Assembly (NCBI RefSeq): GCF_009914755.1
Contig: NC_060933.1
Strand: one strand, 5' to 3'
Source: the human T2T-CHM13v2.0 reference genome, Homo sapiens
Length of the DNA: 64,000 nucleotides
Positions 1 to 22,778 of the stretch are shown here, piece after piece. The position numbers and the translations under genes are program-made. How positions within the stretch are numbered: the stretch's first letter is position 1; each line of letters starts with the position of its first letter. Under the pieces are notes generated by a model. It had not been told where the DNA came from and did not search any database. It worked only from the letters and a program-made list of their open reading frames with translations.

Positions 1-271
1 ATTACAGGCGTGATCCACTGAGCATGGCCTGGAATTTCTTGGGTTGAGCATCTCCCCCAGCATAGCATAAGATACACAAGGACAGTGTCTGTCTTATGCA
101 CATCTGTGCACAGGGCCTGGTACATAGTAGGTGCTGAGTGAATACATGTTGAGTAGATCCGTAAATTCTCCACTCTTTGTTTATCGGGGGCAGGAGCTAT
201 TTGGATCAGGAAGATCTTGAGTCTTTTTAGCAAGCTGAGTGACAAGGCGCTTGCTAGCAGAAAAGTACCTT

Positions 272-616
272 CTGGCTGGGTGGTGTGGCTCACCATGTAA
301 TCCCAGCACTTTGGGAGGCTGAAGTGGGAGGGTCATTTCAGCCCGGCAGTTTGAGACCAACCTGGGCAACATGGAGAGATCTCGTCCTACAACAAAGTTT
401 AAAAATTGGCCAAGTGTAGTGGCACATACCTGTGGTCCTAGCTACTTGGGAAGCTGAGGCAGGAGGGTCTCGTGAGCACAGAAGGTCAAGGCTGCAGTAA
501 GCGCTGATCACGCCACTGCACTCCAGCCTGGGTGACAGAGCAAGACTCTGTCTCAGAAACAAAACAAAACAAAACAAAACAAAACAAAACAAAACAAAAC
601 AAAACAAAACAAAACA
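272..616 (+). mobile_element. AluJ-like with (AAAAC)n tail
   Basis: Full dimer; tail 557-616; TSD-like aaaagtaccttct / aacagtatcttct. Confidence 0.9.
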
Positions 617-707
617 GTATCTTCTTGGACATCCGTGTTTCAGGGGTCTAGTATCCCTGGAAACCCAGGCTTCCCCTCCCACTCACACCCCCTGTGGCAG
701 CTGCTAG

Positions 708-1040
<333 letters not shown>

Positions 1041-1089
1041 TGAGGCATCCTTTTGAAAATCAACTACTTTTTTTAATAATAAAAAAATT

Positions 1090-3640
<2,551 letters not shown>

Positions 3641-4141
3641 GAGGACTGGCTTTTTACCTCTGCAATGTCTCCTCCCCCCAGAACCCTGGTCCCTTAAATC
3701 ACACAAATCTCAATGCTGGGAAATCTCAGCTCTGTCTCAACAGCGATTCCTCAGCCTGAGAGCCATCAATGGAAGCCTGGGGCCGTCTGGACTTTTCAGT
3801 GTTAAATATGCATTCTCTCCATGCTTGTGAGAGCCTGTTCTAGACGCACCTGGCCGGGGGGCTGCCTGCTGACTCCAGCTCCTGCTTTGTTCCTCCCCCT
3901 GCCCCCACCACTGGGAATTCCAGAACAACAAGGCCTCTTGCTCACCTGGATAGCGAGGAGGGGCTGAGAAGACGCCTGGTTGCTGGCTCCGGTTGGCACC
4001 CAGCCTTGTTCTTCTCTCTTCTGCCAACTGCTTTTAATTTTATACTCTCTTGTCTTATTTTTATGAGCACTTGTGAGACATGCTTAATTGTTTGTCTTCT
4101 CCCAGAACAAGGAGGGTATAAATAAATAAATGAGAAATTCA

Positions 4142-4484
<343 letters not shown>

Positions 4485-4944
4485 GGTCTGTGGATATAAC
4501 TAGCAAGGTCTCTTCTACACGCTGACTTAATAAAAAATCGACTCTTCAAAGTCTCCAGGATGTAACCACCACCAGCCTTACAGGTGACTTCACATCCCCT
4601 CTTCCTCACCCACCAGCCCCGATGTGGGTGGCATTAGGACCGGCTCTTCCTCCCCAGGGCCCTGCTGCAGTACAGTGAGGTCTTACTGAGTGCTGTGATG
4701 TCAGCTTTTGCTGTCACATGGTGGCGCTGTGGAGCCCTGCGTGGCTTTCGGCTCCCCACCTCCTCGCTCCGGCTGCTGTGAATGAACTGCAGGTGCTGTG
4801 TGTTTTCTGCTTCTCCCTTCCTCCTGGAGATTCTTTCCTGGGCTTTTTTTCCTGCTCCTATGCCTCTGGCACCTTGTGGCCGCCCCCCCCCCCCACCCAA
4901 CCACCCTCACCTTGTCACAGTAATACTTGTTACTGTGTTAGTTC

Positions 4945-5185
4945 TTTGTTTGTTTTTTAGAGATGGGGTCTTCCTATATTGCCCAGGCTGGACTCGAACT
5001 CTGGGGCTCAAGTGATCCTCCTGTCTACAGGTGCATGTCACCACACCTGGCTAATTTTTGTATTTTTTGTAGAGACAAGGTTTCAGCATGTTGCCCAGGC
5101 TGGTCTCGAACTCCTGGATTCAAGCCATCCACCCGGGTTGGCCTCCCAAAGTGCTGGGATTACAGGCATGGGCCATCGCACCTGG
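4945..5185 (-). mobile_element. Rearranged AluJ/FLAM fragments
   Basis: Two left-arm-like segments. Confidence 0.75.
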
Positions 5186-5630
5186 TGCTTTTTAGTGTTT
5201 GTATTGAATAATATTGTTATCGATTTTTTTCGGTTAACAGAAAAAGTTAGAAGGAGAAAGTAAAAACCACTCCGAATCCCACAGTTCTGTGATAACCACT
5301 GTTAACATTTTGGCAGAGAGGCTTTCAGACCAGTTTCCCAGAGTACGCTCCCTGGAACACTAGCCCTGAGAAATGCTCCTTAGGGGGAAAACGTGGGGAA
5401 TCCCTTAGTCAAAAGATCCCGGGAAGAGCCGCATTCTTCTCATTGAGCATCACACATCAGCAAAGTAAAGGCACAGAGTTCAGCTTTGCCCAAATCAGTG
5501 AGCCCCTCAGAATCTTCCATGGGAACCCCTGGGATTGCAGCTTGTAAAATGCTATTTTAAGTTCTTTGCTATGAGTGGACCCCATGTATATGCACAAGGC
5601 ACATTCTTAAAAAAAAAAAAAAAAAGGTTT

Positions 5631-5933
<303 letters not shown>

Positions 5934-6059
5934 GTTTTACAAAAATTAGAATATACCAAATAACCCTCTTGTAATATTTTTTCTACTCAATATGTTGGCA
6001 TTTTTTCATATTAATAAGTATAGCTGTATATCATCAATATAGTTTTAAAATTAATTTTT

Positions 6060-6447
6060 GATAGTACATGCACATGAATAGAGAACCCAGAAAGAGAGCT
6101 CTACGAGTATGCCCAGCTAATTTGTTGACAATGATGCAAAAAGAATGCAATAAAGTGGCTCATGCATGTAATCCCAGCACTCTGGAGGCTGAGGCAGGTG
6201 GATCACTTGAGCCCAGGAGAGTTCAAGACCAGCCTGGACAACATGGTGAAATCCTGTCTCTACTAAAAAAAAAAAAAAAGAAAAGAAAAAAGAAAAGATT
6301 AGCCAGGTGTGATGGCATGCATCTGTAGTCCCAGCTCTCGGGACATTGAGGTGGGAAGATCACCTGAGCCCAGGAGGCGGAGGTTGCAGTGAGCTGAGAT
6401 CTCTCCACTGCACTTCAGCCTGGGTGACAGAGTGAGATCCTGTCTCA

Positions 6448-6478
<31 letters not shown>

Positions 6479-6900
6479 AATAAAAAGGAACGAACTATGA
6501 TCTATTGATACATGAAACAATCTGATGAATCTTCAGAGAATTATACTGAGTGAGAAGAGTCATCCTGTAAAGGTAATATATTGTATTTTTCCATTTATAT
6601 ATAATTCTTGAAATGACACAATTGTAGAAACGGGAAACAGATTAGTGGTTGCCAGCAGCTAAAGAGGGGGCAGGAGTGGGAGAGAAGTGGGGTGGCTAGA
6701 AAAGGAAACCAGGGCGGATAGTTGTGATGATCGAATGTTTTGGATCTTGACTGTATCAGTGTCAGTAGCCTGGTTGAGATAGCTTTCTATTGTCTTGCAA
6801 GCTGCTATCAATGGGTAAAGGGTACCAGAGATCTCTCTGTATTATTTCTTACAACTGCATGTGAATCTACAATTATCTCAAAGTAAAACTTATTTTAAAA
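6060..6900 (+). mobile_element. Old L1 (L1MC/MD-like) 3' end interrupted by an AluJ (6153-6480)
   Basis: cagattagtggttgcc...acaactgcatgtgaatctacaattatctcaaa. Confidence 0.75.
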
Positions 6901-7739
6901 AAATCACAAAAGTATTTAGATGATGAAAAGTACATTTCTTCCCCTCCCTGGGAGCAACCACTGTGCTCAGTCTCTCCATCCTTGCTTCTAAAAGCTGTGC
7001 TGTATTTCTCTGGGTGGCTGTGCCATATTTTATTGGATCAATGCCATATTGTTAGATGTTTAGGTTGTTCCTAATTTTCACCATTACAAACTGTATTATT
7101 ATGAGCATCCTTGTATATATCTTTGCTAGAAGTGAGATTTCTGGGTGGAGAAATATGTATGTGTGAAATGCTGAAATGTTGATACATGTGGCCATATTGT
7201 CCTCTACAAAGATTGTATCAATTTACACTTTGCCTGAGCGGTTTATCTTCTGACTCTAACAAGCTATTAATACTTTTCTTCCCCACTAATCCACACTTTA
7301 AATTAAGAAAGGGTACCACCAATAAAAATCTTGGAGAAACCTTTCTCTGTAGTATTACACACAAACCAGGGAGTCGGGATGGGAAACAAAGGCATAGCTT
7401 CCGTATTTATCGAATTTCTAAAAGGCAAATACATCACCTCATCGCATAGACTTTTTTTTTTAAACAGTGAAAGGAAAACGCCATACACTTTACAAGATCA
7501 ACCATGCCTAGTTTTGTTATAACATTTCCTTTAATCTTCACCTAAAAGAAGCCTTCTTGAAATCCTTTCTATCTTCACTTCCACTGCTCTGAAAAATAAA
7601 CTCTGTAACCTCTTATTTCCTAGAGAGGAAAAAAGTTGATTTTCACAGTCTAACATGCCCAGCTTAGAACGAAAAAAATTGAACAGTCAATGCCAGACGG
7701 AGCATGAGCTCCATGGTGGGGAGCTGTGTTCTGGACCAG

Positions 7740-8180
7740 AAAGTTCTGGTTGTAACTCACTGCACTGTCACTTATGGGTTAGGGGATTTTGGGCAAGTTA
7801 TTTAAATGCTCTTAAACCTGTGCTTTTGAGTGTAAAATGGGGATAATAATGGTGATTGACCTTGTAAGACAGGGAATATATGCTTCTACTACAGCTTCCA
7901 GGAAGGATGAGCCAGGTAGAGGTAGGGGTCTGCAGAACATCCAGGCAAGAGAAAGGTCAGGACTGGACAGTGGAGCTCCTGACGGCCACCCAGGGCCAGC
8001 CATCTAAGCCACTGTCACCAAAGCCACTATAAGCCAGACATTTACTAGCTGTGTGGCGTGCACCACGCCATGCTTCAGTTGCTTCCTCCTCTAAATGAAA
8101 TTGATAGTAGTACCTGCCTTCTAACTTGTTACAAAGCTGAGAAGGGAAAGTCTGCAAAGCACTTAGTTGAGTAAGCAATT
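7740..8180 (+). mobile_element. Two MIR fragments
   Basis: gggcaagttatttaa...tgtaaaatggggataataat; cttcagttgcttcctcctctaaatgaaa. Confidence 0.55.
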
Positions 8181-8802
8181 AAGGGAGGGTGCAATCTGAT
8201 GATTCATGGAGGCAGCTGCTCTTGCATTTGTATCAATAAAAAGGCTGCTACCTCCCAGACAGGAGAAGCAGGCAGAGGCAGTTTTGGCCAAAAGACTCCA
8301 AACCCCCAACTCTTTCCCTGACTCAAATAACCTTAATGCTCTTAGAGTCTGCCTTTCTGCAAACTCCACAAATCAGAATCTGCACACACAGCTTTTTTCC
8401 TTTAATTAAAATAGCTCTTATTGCTTTTTTTCATATCACAAAAGTTATAACACATTTATTGTAGAAAAATGCAAAAATACAGACAAGGAAAAAGAAGGGA
8501 GGAAGGGGAAGCTACAATCCTATTCTGTAGCTTCGAACTAGGAAATTAAGTGTGTTTCATAAAAGGAAGAGGTCTAGGAGGACCCTCTGGGGTTTTGAAA
8601 ACAATGAGCAGAAGCCAGTATGCCTGGGACTTCTCTGTACCTGTACTTCACCAGCATTATCTCAGTGAGACCCTACAGCAATCCTAAGTCCACCTGATCA
8701 CAGCCCTAAGTCCCCTCTGCTCAGAGCTGCTGCCAGCAATGAGCCCGGCACCCCTCCCCTTCCTTCGTTGTCTCTGGGTTTTTATTTCTAGGTTGTTCTT
8801 AA

Positions 8803-9425
<623 letters not shown>

Positions 9426-9429
9426 ATTT

Positions 9430-11020
<1,591 letters not shown>

Positions 11021-11495
11021 GTGTTTCCTTGGCTTTAAAAACTTGCAATGATGATGTTGGTAGCTGCAAAACACACACCAGGAAAGAGTCCCAACATTTC
11101 CCTAAATCCCCACTCAGTGTGGCATTGAATTTGTAGGTGACAGGGTACACAGTTTGCACTGGAATCCTGCCTTGCTGTTTTCCTTCTCACCTATTTATGC
11201 TGCCTTCACATGATCCTGACACAGGAGCACACACACGCACTCACACACACGCACACACGCTTGCACACTTGGGCCAAGGCATCTACGTGGGGATTCCACG
11301 TTGCGCCTTGACCCAGCCACTGGGAGGGCGGCACTGGTTTCGCCCTGGCCCCGGCGCCTGGCTAGGCCTGTAGGCTGCCCCGGCAGTGGCTGCCATCTGT
11401 TCCAGGCGGGGCGGGGCCATCGTGTGGACGACGTGGGGTGTCCGCAGCGCCGGGGTGAGGAGGGGCTAGGATGGAACAGTGGCGGCCAAGGGCGC

Positions 11496-11510
11496 GCGGC
11501 CCTCTGGCGG
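11496..11510 (-). promoter_or_regulatory. CTCF core motif (reverse)
   Basis: Minus strand reads CCGCCAGAGGGCCGC. Confidence 0.55.
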
Positions 11511-11541
11511 GCCTGGCTGCCGGCGGAGTTCTGCCATGCGG

Positions 11542-11557
11542 CCACCAGAGGGCGGCA
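11542..11557 (+). promoter_or_regulatory. CTCF core motif
   Basis: CCACCAGAGGGCGGCA matches CCASYAGRKGGCRS. Confidence 0.75.
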
Positions 11558-11962
11558 CAGTCCCACAGAAGACAGCCCCGCCCGGCGCCTCCCAGGAGCC
11601 ACCCGGGAGGACCTGAGAGCCAGCGGCGGACCTCGCTGCGAACTGGGTGGGTCGTGGGGAGCCCACGTTCCCCTCGCCTCACACCCTGCTGTGGTGGACT
11701 GAGCCCGGGGAAGGAAATCCAGAAACCACTTGGCTTCTGTCACTCACAAGCTCTGGGACGTTGGGAAAATGATTTGGCCTCTCTGTGCCTCAGTTTCTGC
11801 ACCTGTAAAATGGCAACACCGTAATGATAATGGCCCACCCCCCTGGGGTCCTATCCCGAGGCTCAGTACCGATAACAGTGTTAGAACTATGATGACGGCC
11901 ATTGCTGGGAACATTGCAGAGCTAAAAACTAAAATAAAAATAAAAAATAAAATAATGATGAT

Positions 11963-12290
11963 GGCCAGGCATCCTGGTCCACGTCTGTAATCCCAGAACT
12001 TTGGGAGACCGAGGTAGGAGGATCACTTGAAGCCAGGCGTTTCAGACCAGCCTGGGCAACATGACCAGACCCCATCTCCTCAAACAATACAAAAATCAGC
12101 CAGATGTGGTGGCTCGGGCCTGTAATCCCAGCTACTCAACAGGCAGAAGTTGGAGGATCCCTTGAGCCTGGGAGGTCGAGGCTGCGGTGAGCCGTGATCA
12201 CGCCACTGCACTCCAGCCTGGGCGACAGAAAAGACCCTGTCTCGAAATAATAAAATAATAATAATGATGATGATAATAATAATAATAACT
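11963..12290 (+). mobile_element. AluJ with (AAT)n tail, next to a MIR
   Basis: Full dimer. Confidence 0.85.
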
Positions 12291-12768
12291 ATGGTCTATT
12301 GAGTGCTTACTTCATGCCAGACGCGGGGCTGGTGCTTCCAAAGCCTTCACTCATTTAATTCTCACAGCCACCCTCTGAAGATGTGAAGGCAGGTGGGATG
12401 GGAGAGCTTCAGCGTCGGTGCCATCTCCACCCTGAGCATGTCCCCAGCTGTCCTGCCCTCCCTGGGTGTGTCTTTCTCTTCTGTCTTCAGATCACAGCCC
12501 ACCCCAGAGGGTACTGTGATTATCCCCACCAGACAGATGGGCAGACAGAGGGCAGAGGGGCAAGCCAGCCTGCCCCAGCTGTAGGAGCCAGGCTGGGGCT
12601 CCCCGACTCCACCCCACACCGTCTGGCCAGAGCACCTGGTCAGAGTTGCTGGACAACAGTCAGTGGGCATTGGTAAGGCCCGAGGCACCATGCAGATATG
12701 TGGCTGTCATCTCCCCGGGAGAAGTGAGCATGGAGTTGGCCGGCCTGGGGCTCCATTCCACCCCCTCA

Positions 12769-13248
<480 letters not shown>

Positions 13249-13313
13249 TGCAATTTTCTTTTGAAGAAAATAGTCCTGATGGTAACCTTTTATTTTTATT
13301 TTTAATTAATTAA

Positions 13314-13472
<159 letters not shown>

Positions 13473-13628
13473 TGATGCTAAAATTAACCAAAAATAATGT
13501 TTAACGCCACCAGACTAGATAATTCCTGAGGCCCTTCCTAGTTCTAAATATTTTATGAAAACTTTCTTGAACCTATTTGTATTTTTGGCTGGTAAGTTCA
13601 ATTTACCTTTACCCTACTGGGTCCAGAC

Positions 13629-13756
13629 TTCCTCCTCCTCCTCGTCCTCCTCCTCCTCGTCCTCCTCCTCCTTGTCCTCCTCCTCCTTTTTTCCCTCCTC
13701 TTCCTCCTTCTCCACCTACCCTTTCCTCCTCTCTCCTCCTCCTCCTTCTCTTCTTC
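13629..13756. repeat. (CCT)n-rich polypyrimidine tract
   Basis: tcctcctcctcgtcctcctcc... Confidence 0.9.
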
Positions 13757-14059
13757 TATCTGAGAGATTATCTTTCTCAAGTTTTAGGCACTCACCATTC
13801 CAATCCCAGTTTTGGCATTCCCAGGTTTTTTGTTAAGTCTCTGTCCTACCCTGCTTAGCTCTGTTTCTGTGGCCTCACTTGTGCCTGTCCTTCCCGCTCA
13901 GTTTCCTTTCTGGATCAGCATTCTAGCTTTTCCCTCTGGAGTTTTCCATGAGACTACCCTTTACCATTATCTATCTGGTCCTTCCCTAGACAAGATCTGT
14001 GGCATTTCTCAAAGAAGACGGCAACTAGGAGACCACATGGCATTCTGGGAATGGGTCAC

Positions 14060-14410
14060 CCGGGTCTGGGAGGAATGAGTTTGTTATTAACAAGTGAGAG
14101 AGAAAAGAGCTGTTCCCGTGACGAAAAGGAAAAAGAGCATCAAGTATAAATGCACGCTTTTTCATCACCATCTCCTGGTCTCTGCTTCCAGCCTTTTCTT
14201 TTGAATGTAGAGATAAATCCACTCTATTTTAATAAACTCCACATTTTATGCGGTTTTCAAGGTGTATTGGAAATAGGGTAAATTTTGATGCTAGCATATC
14301 TGAAAGCATTTTAAATAGCATCTATTCTGCTGGGGAATCAAGTAGTACGGCAAGAAACACTACTTTGCCTGTAAATAAACTACCTTCCATCCTAATCTGT
14401 AGCCCTGCTC
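14060..14410. promoter_or_regulatory. Putative conserved non-coding element
   Basis: Non-repeat AT-rich block with retained CpGs, forkhead-like TGTAAATAAAC, TTTATG and TAATCT. Confidence 0.3.
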
Positions 14411-15052
14411 TGAAGGAGCGCCTAACACTTTCTACACAACACGGGTGGAGATGTCCACATCTTCCAGAGGACTCAGTGTCCTTCAGGATGACGTATCCCC
14501 TTCTGCTGCATAAGAACAAGATGATCAGTCAGCATCAGCTAATCAATCAATCAATCAATCATCAATCCAGGAATGTTCCTTCTCTGCCTAACATGGACCT
14601 CGTAATGTTACAAACATCGGGGAGGGGCAGGGGATAAGAAAACAAAGCCTCCCCCCGTAACTCCTGCTCCCAGGGCACAGAAACACATTGTGTCTTGAGA
14701 GCAACATCAGCTTCAGCTTTGGGTGCTGCCATGAAATGCAGCACGAACAGTGATAGAAGAGAGTTTAGAATAAAATCTGTATCCTTGCCCTGGCCCCCAA
14801 GGCTGTGCCTAGCCCCCCTTCCTCCTGGGTGTCTGCACCTATGCTCCCCATGCTCTTGCCGCATAGCCCTCCTTCAGCTCCTGCTGGGCCGACCTCCTGC
14901 TCCCAGCCCTGCACACGTGGAGTCCCCACCTTTCAGCTCCTCTTCAACCCCTGTCTCTGCTTGGCGGGATCCCTCAGAGATTCCCAAAGGAAACCAGGTC
15001 CCAGCATTAATTCCCTTTTTCAGCACGCTTGATCAAAGTGGGTGATTACATC

Positions 15053-15352
15053 TTTTTTTTTTTTTTTTTTTTTTCAGTCAGAGTCTCGCTCTATCACCCA
15101 GGCTGGAGGGCAGTGGTTTGATCTCAGCTCACTGCAACCCCCACCTCTTGGGTTCAAGTGATTCTGCCTCAGCCTCCTGAGTAGCTGGGACTATAGATGC
15201 ATGCCACCATGCCCAGCTAATTTTTGTATTTTTAGTAGAGACAGGGTTCACCATGTTGGCCAGGCTGGTCTCGAACTCCTGACCTCAGGTGATCCACCCA
15301 CCTCGGCCTCCCAAAGTGCTAGGATTACAGGCGAGAGCCACCGTGACCGGCT
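15053..15352 (-). mobile_element. AluS within an L2 fragment
   Basis: TSD gtgattacatc at 15042 and 15353. Confidence 0.9.
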
Positions 15353-15940
15353 GTGATTACATCGTGTTCATTTAATTTTGGCCTCCCTGGCTGGACTGTG
15401 AGTTCTGTGTCTGTCTGTGTCATGGTATCCTCAACGTCCAGCAACGTGTCTGCACCAGTGTCTTGTGAGTGCTGAATAAATGAGAGTGTGCGCTAAGGTT
15501 TGATGAGCAGCCACAGGGGCAGAGCGTGGGTGCAGTGATCAGTTCTCCCGGGCAGGAACTGCCAGGCAATTATCCCAAGGGATAAATCCTGTGTCCAGCA
15601 CAGCAATTGGCCCTGCAGGGATGTGGGGGAGAGGGAACAATGGTGGGCAGGGGGAGAATAAGACAAACCATGGCGGGGGTGGTGAAGGCCTGAGAAGGAG
15701 ATGGAGCCATCACAGGTGTGCCAACTGCAGCTGTGTGCCAGGGAGAAAGAGATCAGTCCAGCTCCAGGCTTAGGGCAGGTCCTCTCTACAGCAGGGGCAT
15801 CAGATAATTAATCCAGTTGATGTTATTGAGTGCCTACTATGTGCCAGGCACAAGCTCCGGATGCGTGGATACAGCTGTAGGCAAAGTCCCTGCTTTCATG
15901 GAGTATTCATTCCAGGCAGGAAAGATTACATGCAAGTAAA

Positions 15941-18432
<2,492 letters not shown>

Positions 18433-19814
18433 CTGTTTCATATTTTGAATGATGAGAAGCACTTCCTAGGGAAGAGGGAGCAGCCTGAGGGCATCCTGGG
18501 CAGGGGTGGAGGTTTCCCAAAATGCCAGGGGAATTAGGTAATTCGTTCAGATACCACAAATACCTTAAGGGTTCTTACTCTTACTCCCATTTTGGCTAGA
18601 AGAACAAGAATAAGAAGAACTTTTCAAAACACCCATTTCCATAAATATATTTAAAGGCACACATAGACAAACCCAAAGAGAAGAAATATAGAGCTTATTA
18701 GAGGTGATGGTGACTTTAAAGAAAAACTCACCACTGCTTGTAGCAGGACTGGCAAAACGTTTCATCTTGCATTTGAACTCTGGCTCATTCACTTCTTCAA
18801 CAAGTGTTTACGAAACACCTACTGTGGACCCAGCCACCATTCTAGGCTATGAATGAAATGGACAAAGTCGCTGACTGTGTGAGCTTCTTGGCTAGCTGGT
18901 CTGGAAGACAGGTTGAGACTGGCTGCCAGGAGGGCCCCCTTTAGCCAGGACTATCTTTATGGCTGTCGTCACAGTGTGATCACTAACAGCACCCTTTTCC
19001 TTGTTGAGACTCTGGCTTCAAGGTTGGTGGCAAGGCAGTTTTCCCATCCCTTTTAGCCCAGAAGAATGCTATAAAATGCAGTGCCCTCTTCAGAGCCTGG
19101 AAAGTCTAAAAATCTTATTACCTTAAATCCCTGTGATCAGTCACCAGATTTAGATTGTTCTATATTTAAGTGTTAATTTTGTTGATTGTATCCTTTAGAC
19201 CCAAACTTGAAGAGGTCTGTCTCAGGGGAAAAAAATCCAATCAATTATAAATTGAAAACATTATTTTGAGGATAATGTCACGGGGAAGGAATTATGAACT
19301 GCATGTGGGAGATTGACCAAAATAGTCAGGGAGAAGATGTAAGGCATGTTTTTGATTTGTAGTATCTTTTTAAAAATTAACATTTGTTGCTTTTAAAAAA
19401 TGGATCACCTGCTCTGTGCCAGACCCTGTGCTAGGTACTGGAGCATCACATTTAATTCTCTTAAAAGTCATCTGTGTTATGTATTTTTTATCAAAGGGGA
19501 GCCCATCAGGCTTGGAGGAAGAAGTGAGTGAGTGAGAATTTGAATCTGGTTTGCCAGGCTCAAAAGCGTGATCTTTTCCATGCACAACACAACCTCTTGA
19601 GCCTCGTGGGAAAGACTATATTTCCCAGGGAATATCTCACCTGCCCCCAAAACTTCAAGCCAGCAAGTCATCAATGATCGCCCCCTCTCAGGCACCGAGG
19701 ACTTCTAGCCTCATTATTTCATCACCTACTAGCCCCTACTTGATAATAATAACCCCTAATGCCTGAGATGGAGCCTCCTTGCTCGCCAAGGTAACTCCTT
19801 TATGATGTGGAACT

Positions 19815-20526
<712 letters not shown>

Positions 20527-21913
20527 GGACTCACGGATGATGGATCAGTGGGCCCTTCCAGTGAGTCAAGTACACTCATCATCTCATTGCTTCTTCCTGT
20601 CTGCCTATGAGGGAGTACTTTTATTATCCCCACTTTAGGGATATGATAACTGAGACCATGAGGTGGAGTAGCCTGCCTGAGGATTTAACCCAGGTGCGCT
20701 TGGCTCCAGAGCTGGCAGTCTCCACTTGGCCCTGTGGCAGGCCCTGGCTTCATCCTGAGGCACTGTACAGCAGATGTGCAGCCATGAGGCCGGCATGCCC
20801 AGCCTGCAGACCCCTGGCCCATGCCTGTTCTGTTCCTCCCACTTGGCTTGTGCTGAAGCTCCTGTGGTATCCCTGAGCTCCGCCCAAGCTGCAGCTCAAC
20901 TCTGCAATGGCTTCTGGCCCTCTGTGGGGTCCAGTTCTTCTTTTCTGGACAGCAGAATCACAGCTGCACAAAGGTACTTGGAGGCCCTCTCCACCTCTGC
21001 CTGGAAGCAGGGCTGCTGCTGCACTGGAAGAATAACCCCCATCGAATGGGGTGTCCCCAGGGTCCTGCCTTTCTTCCCTGCCTTTCTCCGTGGCCAGGAG
21101 ATCCTCTGGTAGGGCCGACGGGATGTGAAGGTGACCCCAGGCTGCCTGCAAGAGGACTCTTCCAAACAAAAGCCTGACCAACAAACAGCCATGCCAGCAG
21201 GGAATACAATCAATATTCCGAAGTCACAAAAACCGGCTTCAAAGCCAGCAGTGGCTGGGAAGCCAGAGTGAGGGGTTGTGGAAGGTTCTGCTCACTCCTG
21301 CTCTGTTGCCAGGGCCCAGTGGCGCTAGGGAGGGGAGTGGCAAAGGCGGATGGTAAAATGGTTAGGCTGGTGGAGCTGACATGGGGCCCTGGAATCAGAA
21401 ACCCATTCCCTGTACACTGAGTACAAATTAACTCTGCAGCCTTGGGCACGTCTCCATCTCTCTGGGCTTCAAAAGAGGAGAAAAATGAAGAGGTTGAATA
21501 AAATGCTCTTTCTGGGGTCTGAAGAGATTACGTATTTCCCCTGAGGTCCCCCAACTGTGAAGCAGAGACTGTTCTCAAACTCAAGTCTGACTCCTGGGCC
21601 CACGCCAGCAGTCCACGGTCAGGCTAGATGGAGCCATGTCAGGAGCCGCCGCCGACATGCGGGCTGTGCTCAGAGCCCCGCCCAGCACTGGCTGGACCAG
21701 GTCTCTCTGATGAGGAAGACAAGGCATGGCTGGAGGCTCTCTGCAGGTGGAGAGTTGGAGGACAGCCTGGTCGGGGGGACAGAGTGGGTACTGGGGCTGA
21801 CTCACCGCCATGCCAGCACCCTTCCTTGGGGAACCGCCCTTCCTGAGCTGGGCAAGTGGGAGCCTCTGAGGGGTCAGTCGCTGCCCAGGAGTTTGGCCGA
21901 GACATCCACCCTC

Positions 21914-22778
<865 letters not shown>

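Larger units (their letters stand above)
11280..11700. promoter_or_regulatory. Small non-repeat CpG island or GC-rich regulatory element
   Basis: Visibly dense CpGs against a CpG-depleted background, GC box ggcggggcggggcc near 11405, and CTCF motifs. Confidence 0.7.

Noticed and set aside
11195-11743. 182-aa ORF over the CpG island as a first coding exon
   Set aside because: Several frames are open because of high GC, and no domain is recognisable.
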